Shown here: positions 58,222-64,000 of the stretch, piece by piece
Numbering within the stretch: the first letter of the stretch is position 1
How the letters are laid out: each line of letters starts with the position of its first letter
From: a virus
Taxonomy: Duplodnaviria; Caudoviricetes
Reading direction: 5' to 3' (one strand)
Length of the DNA: 64,000 nucleotides
Virus record (IMG/VR): IMGVR_UViG_3300043754_000129
Location: 32,001-96,000 of that record
Program-made: the position numbers and the translations under genes
Notes under the pieces: model-generated
The model's database searches: none
What the model was told of the DNA's origin: nothing
The model's input: only the letters and a program-made list of their open reading frames with translations

Positions 58222-59329
58222 TCTCCCCCTCTTTCACCTGAGTGGCGAGATACACCGACCGACGCACGTTGGAGTTGGGTGGTTGGCGTGCAATCCCCCA
58301 CCGCAGCGGCGTCTTATTCGACGTGATGTCGGTGATGGCCTGCAACAACTCCGCTCGATGCTGGATGATCTCAGCACTTGCGGACTCCTCCGGCACCAGT
58401 CGGAAGCGTTGATCGAGTCGCTCAGCCAACTGCTGCTCGGTGATCTTATCGCCGTTCAGTGCGCGCCAGGCAATCTCTGCATCAGTACGCGTGCCCGTCT
58501 GACACAGATACGTGCCATCCAGCTCCGCTTGCCAACGCGCTGCATTCCAACGGATCCAGACATCGATGTACGACTGGGGAGCCTGGGTCCGATAGTCCTG
58601 AGGCGCCGGAGTCTTCTTCAGTTGCCCGAAGATGGCTTCCATTTCCTGACGGAACTTCTCCACTGCATCCGGTTCTGTAAGCGGTGCAGCCACCACGGGA
58701 TCGGTTGCCGTATGAAAGTCCTTGAAGGCCTGGGCCATGGGTCCGAGCACTTCCTCCGGTGTGCCCGACTGCGGCACTTCGCCGAACTTTCGAATGAGCG
58801 CATCCAGACGCTTGTCTTCTTCCGGTGTGGGCTTCTTCAATGCCCCAAGCAATGTAGCCGCAAAAGCAGGGACACCGAGGCCGTACTGAAACCCAGACCG
58901 ATCGCCATGCAACACGTTGTCACGATGCTGAATGGATGGCACATCCAAGCGATGCACCACCAGATCGTCACCGTGGCGCTTCATGTACTGATACGGCAAG
59001 AAGCCGTTCATGTACAAGCGGTGCATCTTCAGTTCGCGGTACAGGTCGCAGCCGAACTTGTAGATCATCTCGGCGAAGCGATCCGCCAAGAAGTTCTCCT
59101 TGAACATGTTCATGTCGCGTCGCTGGTCGTACGCATAGACGCCGAGCTCTGCTTCGGCATCTTTCTCGTAGGCAATTGCTTCGAAGATCGCTTCGAGGAT
59201 TTCTTCGTCATCGCACTCGTGGAGCTCCATGAAGTCCACGAGCGGTTTCAGAGCTTCACTAGCGCGGACGACTAATAGTTCCCGGGCATTTTGGAAGATC
59301 TGCTCGCTCGAAAATGAGGACGCTGTCAT
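58202..59329 (-). CDS. Hypothetical protein, array domain plus C-terminal extension
   Basis: YQYMKRHGDDLVVHR ends the N-terminal domain. Confidence 0.65.
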   Translation of the reverse strand: MTASSFSSEQIFQNARELLVVRASEALKPLVDFMELHECDDEEILEAIFEAIAYEKDAEAELGVYAYDQRRDMNMFKENFLADRFAEMIYKFGCDLYRELKMHRLYMNGFLPYQYMKRHGDDLVVHRLDVPSIQHRDNVLHGDRSGFQYGLGVPAFAATLLGALKKPTPEEDKRLDALIRKFGEVPQSGTPEEVLGPMAQAFKDFHTATDPVVAAPLTEPDAVEKFRQEMEAIFGQLKKTPAPQDYRTQAPQSYIDVWIRWNAARWQAELDGTYLCQTGTRTDAEIAWRALNGDKITEQQLAERLDQRFRLVPEESASAEIIQHRAELLQAITDITSNKTPLRWGIARQPPNSNVRRSVYLATQVKEGENEAPAQ

Positions 59330-59681
59330 CTTGGTACTCTCTAAATCGGTAGAGCGGCGCACCGCTGGGATGGTTAAGTTTAGCCTGCTGCCAACGATTG
59401 TTGATCGCATGGCCGGCCTGACAGATCAGCTGCTCCAACTGATCCCGGGTAATCTGTTCGAGTGAATTGTTCCCGTAGAGTTCGTCGGAGTGAGCTAATT
59501 GGGCCGCTAAACTATAAAGGCCATGATGATAAAAAACGTCCCGGCTGAGTACCGTATCAAACAGACGCTCATAGAACGCATCCAGATCCACAGTCGGCAT
59601 AGAGGGATTCGCAACCCAGGCCCGCAGCAAGCGTAGCTCAGGTGGCGAATCCAGGATCACAAATCGGGGAAGGGGTACCAT
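59259..59681 (-). CDS. Hypothetical protein, tandem paralog array member
   Basis: YRFREYQDDSVLIFER. Confidence 0.6.
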   Translation of the reverse strand: MVPLPRFVILDSPPELRLLRAWVANPSMPTVDLDAFYERLFDTVLSRDVFYHHGLYSLAAQLAHSDELYGNNSLEQITRDQLEQLICQAGHAINNRWQQAKLNHPSGAPLYRFREYQDDSVLIFERADLPKCPGTISRPR

Positions 59682-60154
59682 TGTCGTTGCTCCCTTTCGC
59701 TCAAGCAGCGAATGAAGATGAGAAGATCCCGGCCAGACCAGCGTGGCAGGAACTGCTCGCCCGATCCTTCCTGAGCGATCTCGAAGAGACGCGTCCTCAG
59801 ATGGTAATGGAGAAACTTATCCACTTCATCTTCGATTGCGTCGGCCACAAACCGAATGGCAGTGATGTTGTTCAGTGCGAACTCTAAGTTGTACAGCGCA
59901 ACTGGGGTTTCCTCCCCGAACAAGTCGTGGTGGTGATCCAGTGCAAACTCGAAGTCCGTCATCACTTTGTTTGCCAGGCCTTTCGGGTGCGTATGGCCCA
60001 AATGGTACTGCGTCGTGTACGGGCTGTTAAACGAGCGCGTGACGACCGCTTCCTTGATGAGGTCCTTCAAGCCCCATTGATAAAATGCAAACAAGGGGGC
60101 GTACGTCTCGTACTCTTCCAACAGGGGCCGTGCATCCATAATCAATGGTCGCAT
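59657..60154 (-). CDS. Hypothetical protein, tandem paralog array member
   Basis: FLPRWSGRDLLIF. Confidence 0.65.
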   Translation of the reverse strand: MRPLIMDARPLLEEYETYAPLFAFYQWGLKDLIKEAVVTRSFNSPYTTQYHLGHTHPKGLANKVMTDFEFALDHHHDLFGEETPVALYNLEFALNNITAIRFVADAIEDEVDKFLHYHLRTRLFEIAQEGSGEQFLPRWSGRDLLIFIRCLSEREQRQWYPFPDL

Positions 60155-60166
60155 TGGCTCTCCTCT

Positions 60167-60649
60167 TTATGCGAAATAAGTCCGCTGCAATTCGGCAGGT
60201 TGCAGTCCCGAGCGCCAGACCAAGAGGTCATCGCCTGCCATCTCGTAGCGGAAGTCTTTGTGATTGCTGAAGGTGAGATCGGGCAGGTGTTCACCCAACG
60301 TGTTGACGACATTGGAGAAGAGATTCTCCGCGATCTCATGGGCCGTGCGTTCGTCGACGAAGTGCTGGATCAGAACGTTCTCGGTCAAGCGCAACTGTCC
60401 CGCATTGCGCATGTCGCTCTCGACCTCAGTGACCAGCTCCGCGATGAGCGTGGAGATCACCAACGTGGCGAGGTTCATATCCGCTGTCATCGTCGTGAGG
60501 AACTTCGGCTTGCCAAACACCATCATCAACGTGACGGGGGCGCGCCACGACGTCTTGTTCAGGTACGCATGCAGCGTCTGCTCCAAGCCGAGATGGATCT
60601 CGCGCAGGGAAATCAGAACTGCACTCTCCCGTCCGGTTGCGTTATTCAT
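60167..60649 (-). CDS. Hypothetical protein, tandem paralog array member
   Basis: FRYEMAGDDLLVWR. Confidence 0.65.
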   Translation of the reverse strand: MNNATGRESAVLISLREIHLGLEQTLHAYLNKTSWRAPVTLMMVFGKPKFLTTMTADMNLATLVISTLIAELVTEVESDMRNAGQLRLTENVLIQHFVDERTAHEIAENLFSNVVNTLGEHLPDLTFSNHKDFRYEMAGDDLLVWRSGLQPAELQRTYFA

Positions 60650-61319
60650 AATGCTCCAGTTTGGTACCGTTGCGATTGTGAAAGTCGATCAGGCGCCAGT
60701 CGACGGACTTATCGACGATCAGGTCCAGGTGCCGCTTCCTGAGGAAGTGAATCACCCACGGATTCTCCCCACAGAACGAGCGCACGTCCGACCGGATGCC
60801 GCTCACGGTTTCCATGATCTGGTCGACCAGGACTTCCTTGAGCGCTTCGTCGTGTTGGATGCGCGCATCGAAAAAGCGACCGTAGAGCTTCATCGGCTCG
60901 ATCGGCTTGCGACGATACTCTTCCATGCCGTGCGACTCCACCACATCGCGCACCGCTTCTTCGACGATTGCGAGTGCCGTGACGGGTAAGGCCGGCTGCA
61001 TTTCCAGCAACGAGAACTGGGTCGGCGTGACGATCACGTTCGCATCCAGATCCATGATCGGCATGTTCTTGTCGATCTCGTTGAAGTTCTGAATCACATA
61101 CGTCTCTTTGGACTTCTTGCCATTCACCAGTTTGTGCTGATGATAGACTTCGCCCTTGCGCATGACCGGCTCCGCCCGGTTGCGAAAATAGAAACCCTCG
61201 GGTGGCGGGATCAGGTAGTGAAACAGTGCTGCCTCCAATACGGAAGCAGTGGGCATCGGATCGAACCGCATCTGCTTCACGCAGGGAATGTCAACAAGGA
61301 AATCGAGGAGGCCGGCCAT
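60642..61319 (-). CDS. Hypothetical protein, possible array member
   Basis: 225 aa; IHFLRKRHLDLIVD. Confidence 0.65.
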   Translation of the reverse strand: MAGLLDFLVDIPCVKQMRFDPMPTASVLEAALFHYLIPPPEGFYFRNRAEPVMRKGEVYHQHKLVNGKKSKETYVIQNFNEIDKNMPIMDLDANVIVTPTQFSLLEMQPALPVTALAIVEEAVRDVVESHGMEEYRRKPIEPMKLYGRFFDARIQHDEALKEVLVDQIMETVSGIRSDVRSFCGENPWVIHFLRKRHLDLIVDKSVDWRLIDFHNRNGTKLEHYE

Positions 61320-61335
61320 GGTCTTGGTTAGTTGG

Positions 61336-61707
61336 TTATATCAATCTGAGAGGACGGGGAATGTAGTACGAGATCGTGAGGTCACGACCATTCAAATCTA
61401 CAGCCATTTGCGCATCACCGTAGATGATGGGCACCTTGATCAAATGCTGGAACGCCGCTTCTAATGGCGGTTGAATCATTACCGTCTTCAGCTGATCAAA
61501 CAGTTGACGATAGCCCCACTTGTTCTGATGATGGTTCGAAACAATGCACTGCGTGTTTTGCCAGATGAGCTCACGGATGGTGAACTCGATCGCCTTTTCG
61601 AGAACCAATCCCTGATAGGCCCACGGCTCGTATAGAGGCCCCAGGAACGGCTGGATGTACTCCCGGAAGGAAAGGACATCCTGAATGAGCACAGCCTGTC
61701 TATGCAC
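61336..61707 (-). CDS. Hypothetical protein, tandem paralog array member
   Basis: MAVDLNGRDLTISY. Confidence 0.65.
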   Translation of the reverse strand: MHRQAVLIQDVLSFREYIQPFLGPLYEPWAYQGLVLEKAIEFTIRELIWQNTQCIVSNHHQNKWGYRQLFDQLKTVMIQPPLEAAFQHLIKVPIIYGDAQMAVDLNGRDLTISYYIPRPLRLI

Positions 61708-61911
61708 GTGTATTCTCCTGTCTCACTACAAAATTGCGCTGTAGCGTAACTTATTACTTGACGGCATAAAGCCCGAGCCGAAGCCCGGGACTCTAAGCCA
61801 TTTGCCGCCACAAACCTCCACGTAGGGCGATTGACCATGAGTCTGCCGAGCTTACGTCAACGGCACGCGATGGGGAGGACCCATTAACATGGTTTCAACT
61901 TTACAAATTCT

Positions 61912-61988
61912 TGGCAGACGAGGTAGGATTCGAACCTACGCATGGCGGAATCAAAATCCGCTGCCTTAACCAGCTTGGCGACTCGCCC
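61912..61988 (-). tRNA. trnQ: tRNA-Gln(UUG)
   Basis: Cloverleaf with GCGGA-TTTTGAT-TCCGC arm, TTCGAAT loop and encoded CCA. Confidence 0.92.
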
Positions 61989-61999
61989 ATTCCTGATCT

Positions 62000-62130
62000 T
62001 GGTCCCGCAGGGGTGGGCTCGAACCACCGGCCTCTCCCTTGTTACCCACAGCTGCCAAGAAGGCAGCCGCCGGAGTCGAACCGGCACAGCTTTTGGCTGG
62101 GAGCGCTCTACCAACTGAGCTACCACGGAA
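62000..62130 (-). ncRNA. Anticodon-less double-tRNA-like RNA, copy 1
   Basis: Normal D-arm, T-arm and CCA. Stem CTCCC/GGGAG encloses GCCGG-TTCGACT-CCGGC, GGCTGCC-TTCTT-GGCAGCT and a TGT-GGGTA-ACA D-like arm. Confidence 0.8.
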
Positions 62131-62137
62131 ACTGATC

Positions 62138-62214
62138 TGGCGCGGTGTACGGGACTCGAACCCGTGACCCCCGGCGTGACAGGCCGGTGCGCTAACCAGC
62201 TGCGCTAACACCGC
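62138..62214 (-). tRNA. trnD: tRNA-Asp(GUC)
   Basis: CCGGC-CTGTCAC-GCCGG arm; CCA encoded. Confidence 0.93.
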
Positions 62215-62219
62215 AAAAC

Positions 62220-62438
62220 TTAGACAGGCACCACTTCGACAGAATCGGCGATGTGACCCGTCATGGAAACGAAACGAGGAATGTCGGCAACGGCTTCTTC
62301 TTCGGTCGGATACTGCAATGCGCGTTTAGCGCCATCCAGACCAAAGACCACACCGGGGACGATTCCCTTTTCTTCCGGTTGGAAGTATTCACGGCAAGCT
62401 GCACCGTTACGAAACATGCGTGCGACCAGTACAAACAT
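62220..62438 (-). CDS. Small hypothetical protein within the tRNA cluster
   Basis: 72 aa; GGGTGG RBS-like sequence; fills the gap between RNAs. Confidence 0.5.
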   Translation of the reverse strand: MFVLVARMFRNGAACREYFQPEEKGIVPGVVFGLDGAKRALQYPTEEEAVADIPRFVSMTGHIADSVEVVPV

Positions 62439-62500
62439 AGTACCACCCTTAAAGTTAATTCAGGGGTAGCGACACTGTCACTATTCCTCAATCAACTTCT

Positions 62501-62630
62501 TGGTTCCGCTGGAGTGGATTTGAACCACCGACCTCCCTCTTGTAATCCAACACCGTCCCCATTGATGGGGGGACGCCCGGATTCGAACCGGGGAACGAGG
62601 GCGCTCTAACCAGGCTGAGCTACCACGGAA
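62501..62630 (-). ncRNA. Anticodon-less double-tRNA-like RNA, copy 2
   Basis: Stem CCCTC/GAGGG encloses CCCGG-TTCGAAT-CCGGG, CGTCCCC-CCATCAAT-GGGGACG and TGT-TGGATT-ACA. Confidence 0.82.
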
Positions 62631-62651
62631 TCTGACTTACTGCAAAACTGA

Positions 62652-62727
62652 TGGCGTCCCGTGCGGGATTCGAACCCGCGTACCCACCGTGAAAGGGTGG
62701 TGTCCTAGGCCTCTAGACGAACGAGAC
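62652..62727 (-). tRNA. trnE: tRNA-Glu(UUC)
   Basis: CCACC-CTTTCAC-GGTGG arm; CCA encoded. Confidence 0.93.
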
Positions 62728-62748
62728 AAAACTGCTATTTCTGAAACT

Positions 62749-62887
62749 TGGTTCCCATAGGGCTGGATTTGAACCAGCGACCTCCGCCATGTGGTGGACC
62801 CCATTATCACGCACCCGCCGGGTGCGCAAAGGCCGGGTCCTCGCCTGGCTGGTTGGCGGCGCTCTACCAGACTGAGCTACCTGGGAA
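62749..62887 (-). ncRNA. Anticodon-less double-tRNA-like RNA, copy 3 (remodelled inner body)
   Basis: Stem CCGCC/GGCGG encloses AGGC-GAGGACCCG-GCCT, CGCACCC-GGC-GGGTGCG and TGG-GGTCCA-CCA. Confidence 0.75.
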
Positions 62888-62905
62888 TCAGACTACAACG
62901 AAAAA

Positions 62906-63040
62906 TGGTACCCGAAGGGTTGGATTCGAACCAACGACCGCCCCGATGTGTATACCAACTCCACCACTTCGCCAGACGGCGAAGCCCGGATTCGAACCGG
63001 GGGAACGCGGGGTGCTCTGGACCGCTGAGCTACCTGGGTA
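62906..63040 (-). ncRNA. Anticodon-less double-tRNA-like RNA, copy 4
   Basis: Stem CCCCG/CGGGG encloses CCCGG-TTCGAAT-CCGGG, CTTCGCC-GTCT-GGCGAAG and a Leu/Ser-like D-arm TG-GTG-GAGTTGGTATA-CAC. Confidence 0.85.
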
Positions 63041-63060
63041 ACTGACGTACTACGAAACTA

Positions 63061-63152
<92 letters not shown>

Positions 63153-63289
63153 AGTACTTCTACAACGGGACAGCCCGATGGACTTTAACCACCACCGCAT
63201 GGCACGTAGAGCGTAATCGCGGATCCGCAAACGCCTTGCACCATTTGGTCTCTCCATGAGAGGCCGGACTTGCACGTACTACGTATTCT

Positions 63290-63365
63290 TGGCTCCACGG
63301 CCTGGGCTCGAACCAGGGACCTACGGCTTAACAGGCCGCCGCTCTACCGACTGAGCTACCATGGA
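63290..63365 (-). tRNA. trnN: tRNA-Asn(GUU)
   Basis: GCGGC-CTGTTAA-GCCGT arm; CCA encoded. Confidence 0.93.
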
Positions 63366-63392
63366 CCGGACAAACTACTACAAGCAAAACGA

Positions 63393-63470
63393 TGGTACCC
63401 AGAAGTGGACTTGAACCACTGACCCCCGCCTTATCAAGACGGTGCTCTAACCAAACTGAGCTACCCGGGC
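63393..63470 (-). tRNA. trnI: tRNA-Ile(GAU)
   Basis: CCGTC-TTGATAA-GGCGG arm; CCA encoded. Confidence 0.92.
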
Positions 63471-63493
63471 GTACTTCTACAACTGAAACTCGG

Positions 63494-63569
63494 TGGTGCC
63501 GGAAAGAGGAATCGAACCCCCGACCTTCGCATTACGAATGCGCTGCTCTACCGGCTGAGCTATTCCGGC
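63494..63569 (-). tRNA. trnT: tRNA-Thr(CGU)
   Basis: GCGCA-TTCGTAA-TGCGA arm; CCA encoded. Confidence 0.9.
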
Positions 63570-63590
63570 TCGGTGTCGAAACAACAGATC

Positions 63591-63716
63591 GCTCCGGTAG
63601 GATTCGAACCTACGATGAGACTTGAAAGAGAGCTCGTCATGCGCCCTCAGCGGCGTGATCGCCGCATCAACGTCCCCTTTTGCATGGGTCACCCTTCAAC
63701 CACTCGGGCACGCAGC
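63591..63716 (-). ncRNA. tRNA-like RNA with expanded central domain, no encoded CCA
   Basis: D-arm CCC-GAGTGGTTGAA-GGG and T-arm GTAGG-TTCGAAT-CCTAC flank about 80 nt containing a GCGGCG-ATCA-CGCCGC hairpin. The acceptor stem is imperfect. Confidence 0.55.
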
Positions 63717-63772
63717 AATCCGTGTTTCTCCACATACTCTTTGGCAATGCGGTATTTTTCTACCTATCTGCC

Positions 63773-63997
63773 TTATACCGGAGCGATTTCTGCCGGACGT
63801 CCCACGTCTTGACCCGGAGTCGCGGTACTGCACTTCTTGCAGATGAACCGGTACTTGCCACCCGTGAACTGTTCCCCGCACTCCTTACGAATGCAGTGGT
63901 GCATGTACTGGCCGTTCTCGTGCGCAAAGTCTTCCGGATAGTCGTGACCCGGGTTGTGCAAGGCGGCGCTCAGTACACGTTCGAATTTGGTTGTCAT
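63773..63997 (-). CDS. Small Zn-ribbon-like protein
   Basis: HC...ECG...ICKKC; near the window edge. Confidence 0.5.
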   Translation of the reverse strand: MTTKFERVLSAALHNPGHDYPEDFAHENGQYMHHCIRKECGEQFTGGKYRFICKKCSTATPGQDVGRPAEIAPV

Positions 63998-64000
63998 TCT

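Noticed and set aside
62000-63040. Inserts as group I/II introns or as tmRNA
   Set aside because: The inserts are only about 60-70 nt with no catalytic core, tag reading frame or pseudoknot series. The 5' edges do not restore a canonical anticodon loop.
63166-63285. Possible further tRNA-like element between trnS and trnN (GGTGG-TTAAAGT-CCATC T-like arm)
   Set aside because: I could not build a convincing acceptor stem or D-arm, and there is no CCA. Left unannotated.
63591-63716. Mini-tmRNA interpretation
   Set aside because: No GGGG/G-U acceptor and no CCA. No internal frame ends in a hydrophobic AA-type tag.

Overview
This window is part of a GC-rich phiKZ-like (nucleus-forming, Chimalliviridae-type) jumbo phage genome. 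The core block is in phiKZ-like order: virion/baseplate genes; a family-B DNA polymerase split over two distant genes; a virion RNAP beta' subunit; a UvsW-like helicase; four non-virion RNAP subunits including the sigma-like one; a probable PicA/Imp1 import factor; SbcD; chimallin (ChmA); and a tRNA cluster. Two things stand out. (1) Four diverged ~130-139 nt RNAs in the tRNA cluster have no anticodon loop. In three of them a second, circularly permuted tRNA body (T-arm, 7-bp acceptor-like helix, D-like arm) sits in its place, giving a two-headed, strand-swapped 'double tRNA'; the fourth keeps the scaffold with a remodelled inner body. (2) A second, near full-length chimallin paralog (19634-21364) lies in the accessory region about 27 kb from chmA. 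Smaller observations include R[KR]WWxxR-tailed proteins, a tandem seven-gene paralog array, three overlapping paralog ORFs, a DarG-like macrodomain next to an RNA-ligase-like gene, and a recurrent CGGCATAA-flanked terminator signature. No searches or folding programs were run. phiKZ gp equivalences come from motifs, synteny and recall, so treat them as provisional.
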